DNA of 64,000 nt from Ignavibacteria bacterium (GTDB lineage Bacteria; Bacteroidota; Ignavibacteria; Kapaibacteriales; UBA2268): positions 7,184-71,183 of the forward strand of contig JAERMQ010000009.1 of assembly GCA_016844745.1 (NCBI GenBank), written 5' to 3'. The notes beneath the pieces are model-generated. The model had not been told where the DNA came from. It did not search any database and worked only from the letters and a program-made list of their open reading frames with translations. Position 1 is the stretch's first letter. Every line of letters starts with the position of its first letter. Below, in pieces: positions 18,848-28,027 of this stretch. Both the position numbers and the translations under genes were made by a program.

Positions 18848-18878
18848 GGTTAGTTGAAAGTTCTTAAAGTTTGTAAAG

Positions 18879-19016
18879 TTGAGTCCACTCTAAAAAGCAT
18901 TTTTAGTGATAATTACATTCCAAAATCGGAATTTTGGAATGAGAAATATCAAGAACTTGCTAATTCCAAAGTTGTACTTTGGAATTAAATTTTTGGTTTT
19001 TAGATAGGACTCAATG
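18879..19016. repeat. Family B ~135-bp element with terminal inverted repeats (gagtccactctaaaaag…) and two internal hairpins (attccaaaa-ccgg-aatttttggaat; attccaaagt-tgt-actttggaat), copy 1
   Basis: About 90% identical to 34035-34173. Both copies start about 15-30 bp after the stop codon of a plus-strand gene. Confidence 0.8.
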
Positions 19017-19064
19017 TTCGTAAAGGGGAAAAGGGAAGAGGAAAAGGGAAAAGTATGAAGAAGT

Positions 19065-19096
19065 ACTTTCCGAAAGTTTCCCTAATTTCGGAAAGT
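19065..19096. repeat. 13-6-13 palindrome copy 3 (inverted orientation, 1-nt deletion), followed by ttttt and so terminator-like on the + strand
   Basis: actttccgaaagt-ttccctaa-tttcggaaagt-ttttt, 30 bp upstream of the thioredoxin-like gene. Confidence 0.7.
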
Positions 19097-19126
19097 TTTT
19101 ACCATCATCAGAAAGTCTAGAGAAAA

Positions 19127-19636
19127 ATGAAAAAATATAAAACAATACCATTCTACGTAATAATTTGTATTATTATGTTACAACCATCTCTTGCCTTTTG
19201 TTCCGATACAACAATCACCAAGCCTGTAATAGTTGGTAGCTTCACTTGGGAACAATGGAAGGAAGCCGCTCTCTGGAAGGATTATTCAGCTTCGGATTAC
19301 AAGATTGATTCGTTATCAATAAGCAATTTGAAAGAAAAAATCAAATCGAAAAATCCGGAATTTATCATGTTTTCCGGCTCCTGGTGCGGCGATTCGGAAT
19401 CTGAAGTCCCGAAATTCTATAAATTAATGATGATTTGCAGTTATAGCATTGAAAAAATAATACTAATTGGACTCGACCGGAATAAAGCCGAATCCGGAGG
19501 TTCACATATTCAATACAACATCACTAATGTTCCTACTTTAATCGTCATTGTTAATGGTAAAGAAGTTGGAAGAATAACAGAATTCCCCACGAAAAGCTGG
19601 GAAGAAGATATATTAAAGATATTGAGTGATAAATAA
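19127..19636 (+). CDS. Thioredoxin-fold protein (monothiol WCGDS variant), secreted
   Basis: Signal peptide present. FSGSWCGDSESEVP shows a thioredoxin-like active site with CxxS instead of CxxC. Confidence 0.6.
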   Translation: MKKYKTIPFYVIICIIMLQPSLAFCSDTTITKPVIVGSFTWEQWKEAALWKDYSASDYKIDSLSISNLKEKIKSKNPEFIMFSGSWCGDSESEVPKFYKLMMICSYSIEKIILIGLDRNKAESGGSHIQYNITNVPTLIVIVNGKEVGRITEFPTKSWEEDILKILSDK

Positions 19637-19680
19637 AATTGTATATAACCTTATTGTACATTGAAACTGTATTAGAATCC

Positions 19681-19890
19681 AAGAAGAATGTCATTCTGAA
19701 CGAAGTGAAGAATCTTCTACAACCTAAGATGGATGTCTTTGAGGTAAAGAATGAATCATGATTATTCAAGAAAAGCATCAATTCTAATTCTTATAGAAAG
19801 GATTAAATAATTTTGGAAAATCAAAAAAAACTTTTCAGATTTTGCAAGAAGATTCTTCACTGCGTTCAGAATGACATTCTTCTTTCTTTT
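19681..19890. repeat. Family A element with a 135-bp internal spacer (arms aagaagaatgtcattctgaacgaagtgaagaatcttc / agaagattcttcactgcgttcagaatgacattcttctt)
   Basis: Read directly. The arms are about 90% identical to the 4025-4110 palindrome. Confidence 0.8.
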
Positions 19891-19973
19891 AACACCAATT
19901 CGATTTCCTGAATGAATTAGAATATTAATATTTTTTTAAGACTAATTTTTTGAAATAAATACTTAGGAACAAT

Positions 19974-20795
19974 ATGACACTTCAATCAACAATCAAGCTG
20001 AACAACGGTATCGAAATTCCGGCACTTGGGTTGGGAACCTACCTCACAAATCCCGGCAAGGAAGCTCGCTATTCTGTCCTGACAGCATTGGAATTAGGCT
20101 ATCGCCATATAGATACTGCCGCATTTTATGCTAACGAAGAGGACATCGGCGCTGCAGTTCGCGAAAGCGGAGTTCCACGTAATGAAATTTTTGTGACAAC
20201 TAAATTATGGAACTCCGACCACGGCACCGATAAAGCCAGAAAGGCTTTCGATACCAGTATGAAGAAACTTAAGTTGGATTATATCGACTTGTACTTAATC
20301 CATTGGCCCCTCGAGGATAAGCGACGCGAGACCTGGCTGGCTCTCGAAAAGATTTACGAATCCGGCGCCTGCCGCTCGATTGGAGTAAGCAATTACACGA
20401 TTCGCCATATCGAAGAATTGTTAGAATATTCATCAGTTGTACCAGTTGCTAATCAGGTGGAGTTCCATGCTTATCTTTATCAGAAAGAACTGCTTGATTA
20501 TTGCAAATCCAAAGGTATCGTTCTCGAAGCCTATACTCCGCTTGTACGAGGGAAGAAATTCGGCGACCCAAAGTTGAAATCATTTGCACAGAAGTATGGT
20601 AAAACTCCTGCCCAAATGCTGATTCGCTGGACACTTCAATTGGGAATTGTTACTCTGCCTAAATCGGTTCATCGTGAAAGGATAGCAGAAAATGCTGAAG
20701 TATTCGATTTCGATATTTCCCCTGAAGATATGGCTGAGATGAACCGGCTGCACTGCGATTACAGGGTTTGCTGGGACCCGTCGAATATAAAATAA
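19974..20795 (+). CDS. Aldo/keto reductase (2,5-diketo-D-gluconate reductase-like)
   Basis: GYRHIDTAAFYANEEDIG and LDYIDLYLIHWP motifs. 273 aa. Confidence 0.9.
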   Translation: MTLQSTIKLNNGIEIPALGLGTYLTNPGKEARYSVLTALELGYRHIDTAAFYANEEDIGAAVRESGVPRNEIFVTTKLWNSDHGTDKARKAFDTSMKKLKLDYIDLYLIHWPLEDKRRETWLALEKIYESGACRSIGVSNYTIRHIEELLEYSSVVPVANQVEFHAYLYQKELLDYCKSKGIVLEAYTPLVRGKKFGDPKLKSFAQKYGKTPAQMLIRWTLQLGIVTLPKSVHRERIAENAEVFDFDISPEDMAEMNRLHCDYRVCWDPSNIK

Positions 20796-20877
20796 TGGTC
20801 AATTGTTAATGGTTAATTGTCAATGATAAATGAATAAATGATTTGGTAGGGAGCGATAATTTCCGTAATTTTGCGGC

Positions 20878-20951
20878 GCTCCCTTAGCTCAGCTGGCCAG
20901 AGCAATTGACTCTTAATCAATGGGCCGAGGGTTCGAGTCCCTCAGGGAGCA
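20878..20951 (+). tRNA. tRNA-Lys (anticodon CTT)
   Basis: Hand-folded cloverleaf: acceptor gctccct/agggagc, D arm gctcagctggccagagc, anticodon loop cTCTTaa, T arm gagggttcgagtccctc. No encoded CCA. Confidence 0.8.
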
Positions 20952-21048
20952 CAAAATTTTTTGTATCTAATATATATATCAGATAATTACATCTTTTTAA
21001 ATATAATTTGTGCTGGATCTGTACTTAATAGAGTAAAATGAATTATTA

Positions 21049-23304
21049 TTATTTTTTCCTCACAACACGAAAACCATACGCTTCAAATAGAAAAGTATCC
21101 CAGGCAATAAAGCGGAATGACGAACGACATAGAAAAGGGTTATCGCCCTTATCCCCTCCTCTTAAAACATGGTCTGGCATGTTAGGACCCTCTTTGTATG
21201 GAACAAATGTATCAGGACCTTTTGGGTCTGTAACAAGTGAATCCGTATAGTTTGTTCCACTGACCCAATCCCAACAATACTCCAAAACATTACCTAACAT
21301 ATCGTATAACCCAAAAGCATTCGGTTCTTTTTGTCCAACTTCATGAATTTTTGACCCGGAATTTCCACAATACCAGGCAATACGGTCTAAGTTTGTATCA
21401 ATCGGAGTGCATTTGGACCAAGTCGCTATACCTAAATTTCCATTATATATGTCCGTTTCAGTTCCTGCCTTGCAGGCATATTCCCATTCGGCTTCAGTCG
21501 GCAGACGGTAGCCGTTCGCATTCCAGTCGCAAACAGTACTCGTTCCACTTCCGCTGTAGCATGGCTGGAAACCTTCTTTCTCTGAGAGTTTATTGCAATA
21601 ATCAATTGCACCATACCAAGATAGGTTTACCGGTAAATTACCTCCCTTAGTCCAACTTGGATTTTTTCCCGTAATTCCTTCATATTGATTCTGAGTGATT
21701 TCATACATGCTCATGTAAAAGTCTTTACTTATTGTTACATTATGAACGATATATTCATTTTGGGTCCAATTAGAATAACCTGAATAATTTCCGGTGTTGC
21801 CCATTTTAAAAGTTCCTGCAGGAATTAGAACCATTACAACATTTGTTGGGTCTTCTTCTCTATTAACAATAAAATCAACCTCATTGCTTTTAATTCCATT
21901 AACCGTTACATAAACTTTCCCGCTTTTTGCACCTACAGGTACTTTTACCATAATTTGATAATACCCCCAACTTATATATTGTGTTGCTGTTGCACTATTG
22001 AAGGTTACGAAACCTGAACCTTGCTTTGTTCCAAATCCTGAACCGGTAAGGGTTATAATATCATTTATATATGCGGTTGGTAGATTAATTTTAATAATAA
22101 CAGGTAAATCATAAGCTAAAACTAAATCAAATTCATTACTTTTTTTCTCATTAACATTAACTGATACCTTACAGGTTTTAGCTCCAATTGGCACTTGTAC
22201 TTTTAATTGTGTTTCGCTCCAGCTTATGTATTGACTTGCTTTTAAACTATCAAACGAAACAAAGCTTGAACCTTGCAATGAACCAAATCCCGTACCGTTA
22301 ATTGTTATTATATTACCAATAGAAGCAGACGTAGGTGAAATTCTTGAAATTATTGGGGCTTTTGATTCATTACCCATAATACAACGAACAGAAAAACCAT
22401 ATTTTTTATATGCCTTACCCCTTTGGATATATGGACTGCCATAACTCAAGCTCCTATATGACGCATTTGAATCATTCCTTTCCCTTGAAGTCCACCAATA
22501 ACTAAAATAGCTAATCCCATAGTTGTAAAATATCCCATCACTTTGACGACAGCCCCCCGGCAGTGCGGTAAATCCGCTTTCATTCGTTGAAGATTCATCC
22601 GTTAGCCAATGAGTTTTACCTACTTCTTTAAGTTTGCTTCCAACATATTCACCACGCCAACCATCAACATCAGCACCATCACGTTGCAAACCTAAATATA
22701 TTTCCAATGTTTTCCACTCAGCATCGCTTGCCACATGCCAACCAGCAGGTGCTAATCCTCTTGAGTCATTAACACAGTACCAGTTGTATAATTTTCCATA
22801 AATTATTCCATTTGCCGGATTATTGTTATAATAGCACCAGGCTCCTGTTGTTAATTTTGACCATAGAGTATCATTCGTAACTTCCGGAATTGGATTTTCG
22901 TTTCGATAATAATCTAAATTAAGATTATTCAACATCCAAACCTGCGAGCCGATTGACAGAGGTTGATAAACATCAATATAAAAATAAATGCTATCTACTT
23001 CCGATAATTTATAACTTTTCGGATAACCATATACGTAAACATTTAATAATTTATTACCTTGGCTATCTTTCTCAAATTGAATTTTACTGATTACTTCTGT
23101 GGGATAATAAGCAACCTGAATAGCCTGATAAAAAATCTTCATTACGTAATTACTGTTGGATTTGATAAGATTGATGCTGTCTATATCATTGATATTGTAT
23201 ACTTTGTAGCTACCATCATCCATATAGAACTTGACGACAGGCTCCTGGGCAAATAATGAAAATGAAGAACATATCATAATCAATAAAATGATTAGCTTTT
23301 TCAT
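21049..23304 (-). CDS. Secreted multidomain protein: Fib_succ_major-like domain, two IPT/TIG domains, and a C-terminal formylglycine-generating-enzyme (SUMF1/FGE)-like domain
   Basis: FGE-like block LIPAGTFKMGN...GYRLPTEAEWEYACKAGT...GLYDMLGNVLEYCWDW...VLRGG. N-terminal GSQVWMLNNLN...GWHVASDAEW...FSVRCI resembles the Fibrobacter paralogous domain. Signal peptide present. Confidence 0.65.
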   Translation of the reverse strand: MKKLIILLIMICSSFSLFAQEPVVKFYMDDGSYKVYNINDIDSINLIKSNSNYVMKIFYQAIQVAYYPTEVISKIQFEKDSQGNKLLNVYVYGYPKSYKLSEVDSIYFYIDVYQPLSIGSQVWMLNNLNLDYYRNENPIPEVTNDTLWSKLTTGAWCYYNNNPANGIIYGKLYNWYCVNDSRGLAPAGWHVASDAEWKTLEIYLGLQRDGADVDGWRGEYVGSKLKEVGKTHWLTDESSTNESGFTALPGGCRQSDGIFYNYGISYFSYWWTSRERNDSNASYRSLSYGSPYIQRGKAYKKYGFSVRCIMGNESKAPIISRISPTSASIGNIITINGTGFGSLQGSSFVSFDSLKASQYISWSETQLKVQVPIGAKTCKVSVNVNEKKSNEFDLVLAYDLPVIIKINLPTAYINDIITLTGSGFGTKQGSGFVTFNSATATQYISWGYYQIMVKVPVGAKSGKVYVTVNGIKSNEVDFIVNREEDPTNVVMVLIPAGTFKMGNTGNYSGYSNWTQNEYIVHNVTISKDFYMSMYEITQNQYEGITGKNPSWTKGGNLPVNLSWYGAIDYCNKLSEKEGFQPCYSGSGTSTVCDWNANGYRLPTEAEWEYACKAGTETDIYNGNLGIATWSKCTPIDTNLDRIAWYCGNSGSKIHEVGQKEPNAFGLYDMLGNVLEYCWDWVSGTNYTDSLVTDPKGPDTFVPYKEGPNMPDHVLRGGDKGDNPFLCRSSFRFIAWDTFLFEAYGFRVVRKK

Positions 23305-23597
23305 AACTTATCTTATAATATTTTAAAGATATTTTATAAACGATTTGTGTTACTTTTCATTTTACAATATTTTCTGATGGCATTGTTTTTTAAATATCAA
23401 TTCCCTCTATCTTGAAATATCGAAACAATGCTTTTTAAAGGATTTCAATACAAATATCTATTCAAATATCTATTTTCAAAATATGAATTAACATTTTACT
23501 TTACAAACTTTATGAACTTTCAACTTTATAAACTTTATAACTAACTAAAAAGAATTGCAAAATCAAAATAAATTTCATAATTTTGTATTCTGTATAT

Positions 23598-23671
23598 GGC
23601 GGGCTTAGCTCAGTCGGTAGAGTACCAGATTGTGGCTCTGGGTGTCGCGGGTTCAAATCCCGTAGCTCGCC
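23598..23671 (+). tRNA. tRNA-His (anticodon GTG) with encoded G-1
   Basis: The G-1:C73 pair is diagnostic of tRNA-His. Acceptor gcgggct/agctcgc, anticodon loop ttGTGgc, T arm gcgggttcaaatcccgt. Confidence 0.75.
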
Positions 23672-23741
23672 CTAAATTTTTAAAATGTTCCTCTTTGTAG
23701 TTTCTCAGATTTCTCTTGAATTCTTACTTCTTTGTGCCCTT

Positions 23742-23850
23742 TGTGATTTTCCTTTGTGTCCTCTGTGGTAAAATATTCTTCTAATTTGAACGAGGTAATT
23801 TTACCACAAAGGGCACAAAGTGGACGACACAAAGGGCACAAAGTTAGTTT
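23742..23850. repeat. Long imperfect palindrome built from cacaaagggcacaaag units (ctttgtgccctttgtg … cacaaagggcacaaag x2), probably a bidirectional terminator between convergent genes
   Basis: Read directly. Lies between the tRNA-His 3' end and the 3' end of the minus-strand 597-aa gene. Confidence 0.6.
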
Positions 23851-23882
23851 CAAAGAATTATATTTTTACCGACCAAAAGAAT

Positions 23883-25676
23883 TTATTCCTTTATAATCTT
23901 GAAAACCTGAGTATTTTCAGGATATTTCAATTTCAAAAAATAAACACCGGTGGTGAGATTTGAAACGTCAATAATATGATTTGATGCTTGCTGAATTTTG
24001 TCTTCGGAGAACAGAAATTCACCGAGTGTGTTGAGAATACTGATTTCTAATATTCTGCTTTGTTGATAATTGATTTCAAGAAAATCTCTGACAGGATTCG
24101 GATATACATTTACGGAAATATTCCTTTCAGTTTCATTGATTCCGTTAATAACAACATTAATATTGTTAGATGTATCGGAACTGCATCCCGAAAGTGTAAC
24201 AATTACGAAATAATTACCATTCGATGTAGCAGTGTAACTTTGATTTGTCGCTCCTTTGATTAAACCATTTTGATTATACCATTGATTGCCCGAAGCTGCG
24301 TTTGAATAAAGTACATTGTTATTCTGAGAAATGTACGGTGTTTCAGGCTTTGGATTTACTGTAACCGGGATTGAAGAAGCTGCGCCTTCACCTAATGAGT
24401 TGCTTCCTTTAACCGAAATAATTCCCGATACAGCAGATGTATTATAATTTACCGTAATACTGTTTGAAGAACTTGTGCCGGTTGCTCCATTTGGCAAAGT
24501 CCATGAGTAGGAAGTTGCATTTGCTATTGCCGGTATCGAATAAATAACGGAGTTTTGACCCTGGCAAACGAGTGTAGAACCTGATATATTCCCTCCACAG
24601 GTAGGTAAATTATCTTTCAGGATTTTATAGAGCAAAAATGTAACTCCATCGATTCCCGAAGGAAAAGCATTGGAGAGTCCGCACACAACGGCGCCGGAAC
24701 ATGAATCATAAATAACTTTGCTTTTATAACCCCAGGTAGAGCCGGCATGTCCCCAATAATTAATGCCAAGTGTTTTTTCCCTCATTATACCTAATCCATA
24801 GTTTCCGGGGCTTTCGAATTTTGTCATTTCTGAAATTGAGTTTGTATTGAGAATCTTGCCACTCATCAGTAAATTGTACCACTGCACCATTTCGGTCGGT
24901 GTCGAGAAAATTGAACCGGCGCATCCACCGGCAGTATTCAAACCTACCCTCGATGTGTCATGATAATCAATCCCATTGAACCAGCGGTGAGCTGTTTCAC
25001 CCAAAATTGATTCTTTAATATCAAAGAAAGTACTGTCCAGGTTCAATTGGGTAAGAATGCTGTCGCGAATAAGTCTTGAGATATGGAATCCGGTTGCTTT
25101 TTCTGCTATCATACCGGCTAAAACGTAATTTATATTAGAATAATAATAACCAACGCCCGGAGCATACCTTGGAACTTTTTGCCAGCTAAGTACTTCTTCG
25201 GGAGTAAAAATCCGGGTTGGATTATTCATTATTGTATCCATATAAGGAGAAATGAAAATGGGGTCAGTAATTCCACTGGTGTGATTAAGAAGCTGCCTTA
25301 TCGTAATATTCGGACTTATATTCGGATATTCGGGGAGCCATTTCTTAAGTGAATCACTAAGCTTGAGAATATTATTTTCCGCCAGTTTTAAAATTACGGT
25401 AGAAACGAATAATTTTGAATTGCTTGCTATACCGAATTTCATATCTGAAGTTACCGGTTTTCCCGAATACGACACACCACTTGTTCCCGTCCAGATTCCC
25501 TGTCCCGGATAATATACACTTGCAGACATTCCTTTAATGTTTGTTATAATTGATACATAATGGTCTAAAGTATCCTGAAGCATTTTTGATAATATTGGGT
25601 TGAAAGCATTGGAATTTTGAAAGGAAGAAAAAAGAAAAATAAGAAGTATTAAATGTAGTTTGAAAAAAGATTTCAT
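23883..25676 (-). CDS. Serine hydrolase of the beta-lactamase/esterase family fused to an Ig-like domain and a T9SS C-terminal sorting domain
   Basis: N-terminal region with IASNSKLFVSTVILKL (SxxK-type) and overall class C beta-lactamase-like layout. C-terminal VNVYPNPVRDFLEINY...GVYFLKLKY T9SS CTD. Confidence 0.65.
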   Translation of the reverse strand: MKSFFKLHLILLIFLFSSFQNSNAFNPILSKMLQDTLDHYVSIITNIKGMSASVYYPGQGIWTGTSGVSYSGKPVTSDMKFGIASNSKLFVSTVILKLAENNILKLSDSLKKWLPEYPNISPNITIRQLLNHTSGITDPIFISPYMDTIMNNPTRIFTPEEVLSWQKVPRYAPGVGYYYSNINYVLAGMIAEKATGFHISRLIRDSILTQLNLDSTFFDIKESILGETAHRWFNGIDYHDTSRVGLNTAGGCAGSIFSTPTEMVQWYNLLMSGKILNTNSISEMTKFESPGNYGLGIMREKTLGINYWGHAGSTWGYKSKVIYDSCSGAVVCGLSNAFPSGIDGVTFLLYKILKDNLPTCGGNISGSTLVCQGQNSVIYSIPAIANATSYSWTLPNGATGTSSSNSITVNYNTSAVSGIISVKGSNSLGEGAASSIPVTVNPKPETPYISQNNNVLYSNAASGNQWYNQNGLIKGATNQSYTATSNGNYFVIVTLSGCSSDTSNNINVVINGINETERNISVNVYPNPVRDFLEINYQQSRILEISILNTLGEFLFSEDKIQQASNHIIDVSNLTTGVYFLKLKYPENTQVFKIIKE

Positions 25677-25917
25677 AAAATGATTCCTTGATATATTGAT
25701 TTAACCTGTTATTTATTCAATTTTACTTATCGTTCTTAATTCAACATTATTACTACGTTATAAGTAATGAATAACAAATTAGTCTGGTATTTGTTACAAT
25801 AGAATTTTTTTTTAAGTGAAGTTCTGAATAATGATGTGTTTCAAATAATATCCTTTCCTATTTGGGATAGAACAAACAAGGATGTTTATTCTACCCTTAA
25901 GTAGGTCAAACATCCCT

Positions 25918-26048
25918 GTTTGACTATATGTTGCATTTCATTTTTGATATGTTTGACTTTTGTTGCATTTCATTTAAGATATGTTTGACTATTTGTTGCA
26001 TTTCATTTTTGATATGTTTGACTATTTGTTGCATTTCAATTAAGATAT
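25918..26048. repeat. Tandem array of 4 x ~33 bp (gtttgactatttgttgcatttcatttttgatat)
   Basis: Four contiguous units, 85-100% identical, with no spacers, so not CRISPR. Preceded by a hairpin ggatgtttattctacccttaagtaggtcaaacatcc. Confidence 0.85.
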
Positions 26049-26186
26049 GATAAAGTTCATTTATAGGGTAGAATCTGACTGGCTAATTATTTTTGGATTT
26101 TGAATCAAGTTGCCAATGACAAAATTTTCTACCTTTTATTTTGAACAATTTATTGAAACAAAAATATATGCAACAATTAACACTTA

Positions 26187-26276
26187 GAGAAATCCCCCCT
26201 ACCCCTTTTTCAAAGGGGGATAAGAAAAATATTCTTCAATCCCCCTTTGAAAAAGGGGGGTAGGGGGGATTTCTCT
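26187..26276. repeat. GC-rich nested core palindrome (gagaaatcccccctacccc…ggggggtaggggggatttctc), 3' of nosY
   Basis: Near-identical to the cores inside the composite elements at 42395-42485 and 48078-48170. Confidence 0.85.
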
Positions 26277-26363
26277 TGAATTTGTCATTTTTTATTTTTA
26301 TTATGCCGAAATTTTGGAGTACAGAATAACAATTTCAAAATAAATGTGATTTATTAAGATAAT

Positions 26364-27146
26364 CTAAAAATCATTCTTGCGGAATAGCCAGCCGGCTAAT
26401 GTCAATGGCGCTAAAAGCCATACAAGAAGCATTGCAAACGACATTACCATACCCATTACATCGCCGAAAAAGCGCTCGAATACAGCACCCGTATAACCCA
26501 TTAAAGCTGCCGCATCCAATTTCAACATTACTAACAACCGTGCCAAATCGATTGGATTCAGGAAGCTAAGTATAATTAACGGCGCTTCCAATGGATAATC
26601 CTGAAATGCCGATATACCCAATAAGAGTAAACCATCAAATAGGAATGCAAAGAAAAACCATATTAAAAACGCAGCGCCTAATCCTTTTGCTTTATCCACT
26701 ATACTGGTAGATATGCAGAATGCAACCGCTGTGAACATGAAAATAAGGAGAATACCACTTGAAAGCATGATTAGGATTACCGGAATGCTTTCAGATACAT
26801 TGATTAATAAAGGCAAACCTGCGCCAACAAGGAATACCAATGATAACGGAACAGCCATACCGAAATATAATCCGAAGAATAGCTGGCTGCGTCTGATTGG
26901 CTGGGATAGTAATAGTTCGATAAATTCACGAGAATAATAGATATAAAGTGAACCGAAAACGAGGCTCAGCAATGGATTTATAAGAAGGATTATGCTTAGT
27001 ACGGAAATAATTACTTTGGAGCTGTCTCCGCTGAATTCATACAATGCTTCTACAGAAAACAGGAGGAATATTCCGTAAAGAATCACCCAGCGGCTGCGGA
27101 ATACGTCTTTAAATTCAAATTCTATTATTTTTAGTGTTGTGTTCAT
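26364..27146 (-). CDS. nosY: NosY, ABC-2 type permease of the nitrous-oxide reductase maturation system
   Basis: 260 aa, 6-TM ABC-2 permease, last gene of the nos cluster after nosD and nosF. Confidence 0.75.
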   Translation of the reverse strand: MNTTLKIIEFEFKDVFRSRWVILYGIFLLFSVEALYEFSGDSSKVIISVLSIILLINPLLSLVFGSLYIYYSREFIELLLSQPIRRSQLFFGLYFGMAVPLSLVFLVGAGLPLLINVSESIPVILIMLSSGILLIFMFTAVAFCISTSIVDKAKGLGAAFLIWFFFAFLFDGLLLLGISAFQDYPLEAPLIILSFLNPIDLARLLVMLKLDAAALMGYTGAVFERFFGDVMGMVMSFAMLLVWLLAPLTLAGWLFRKNDF

Positions 27147-27182
27147 ATATTATTATGTTCAAAAAGAGTAAATTTTTACATT

Positions 27183-27280
27183 GAGAAATCCCCCCTACCC
27201 CCCGGTTATAGAAGTAGAACATTGAAGTAGAAGTAGAAATAAATCCCCCTTTGAAAAAGGGGGGTAGGGGGGATTTCTTC
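27183..27280. repeat. Core palindrome arms with an inserted 'cggttatagaagtagaacattgaagtagaagtagaa' module, in the nosF-nosY intergenic spacer
   Basis: Read directly. Both the outer arms and the inner ccccctttgaaaaaggggg hairpin are retained. Confidence 0.85.
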
Positions 27281-27301
27281 TAAAATTATCATTTCCAATT
27301 T

Positions 27302-28027
27302 TCAATTATTCCCATTTCCATTTTTATTTGTCAGTAATTTTGAAATAAGCTGCTCTAAATTATCGTAATTCGAATTATCAATCAAGGCATCCAGCTTATC
27401 TTTTAAAATAATTTTCCCGTCGATAATATATGCAAAATTCTCGGCAAAACCTGAAATTTCACCTAATAAGTGGGTTATATAAATTATCGTTTTGCCGGAT
27501 TCTTTTTCGAGTGCCAACAGGTTCTTAAGTTTGCCGGATGAAACCGGGTCGAGTCCTGCCGTTGGTTCGTCTAAAATGTAAATTTCAGGTTGGTACATAA
27601 ATGCCATTACCAATCCTACCTTCTGGCGTGTACCGCCTGATAGATTCCTCATAAATTGTGATGTAAAAGGCTGCAAACCGAAGGTATCCAACAATTCCTC
27701 ATCATTTGCTTGGGTAGAGCTATTGCGGATTTTCTTCACCATTGAAATTACATCCGTTACCCTGAGATTTTCCGGGTACCGTGCAATTTGAGGCATGTAT
27801 CCGATTCTGCTTCGATATTCCGATTGCCGCAAAGCGCTTTTCCCTTCAATCTTAATATCACCGGAATCAATATTTACTAATCCGAGAATTGATTTAATTA
27901 ATGTAGTTTTTCCCGAACCGTTAGGACCTGCAATTGCTGTTACCGCGCCTTTCGGAAAGTAGAGATTTATATCATCCAAAGCTTTGGTTTTGCCGTAGCT
28001 TTTGGAAACCGATTCAAGTTCTATCAT
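27302..28027 (-). CDS. nosF: NosF, ABC transporter ATP-binding protein
   Basis: Walker A GPNGSGKTT, signature LSGGTRQK, Walker B IYILDEP. Overlaps nosD by 4 bp. Confidence 0.85.
   Translation of the reverse strand: MIELESVSKSYGKTKALDDINLYFPKGAVTAIAGPNGSGKTTLIKSILGLVNIDSGDIKIEGKSALRQSEYRSRIGYMPQIARYPENLRVTDVISMVKKIRNSSTQANDEELLDTFGLQPFTSQFMRNLSGGTRQKVGLVMAFMYQPEIYILDEPTAGLDPVSSGKLKNLLALEKESGKTIIYITHLLGEISGFAENFAYIIDGKIILKDKLDALIDNSNYDNLEQLISKLLTNKNGNGNN

Noticed and set aside
20800-21050. Integrase or prophage adjacent to tRNA-Lys or tRNA-His
   Set aside because: No integrase-like ORF or att-like direct repeat of the tRNA 3' end was found within several kb of either tRNA.
25918-26048. Possible CRISPR array (regular ~33-bp repeats)
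   Set aside because: The units are contiguous with no unique spacers between them, and no cas genes are nearby. This is a plain tandem direct repeat.
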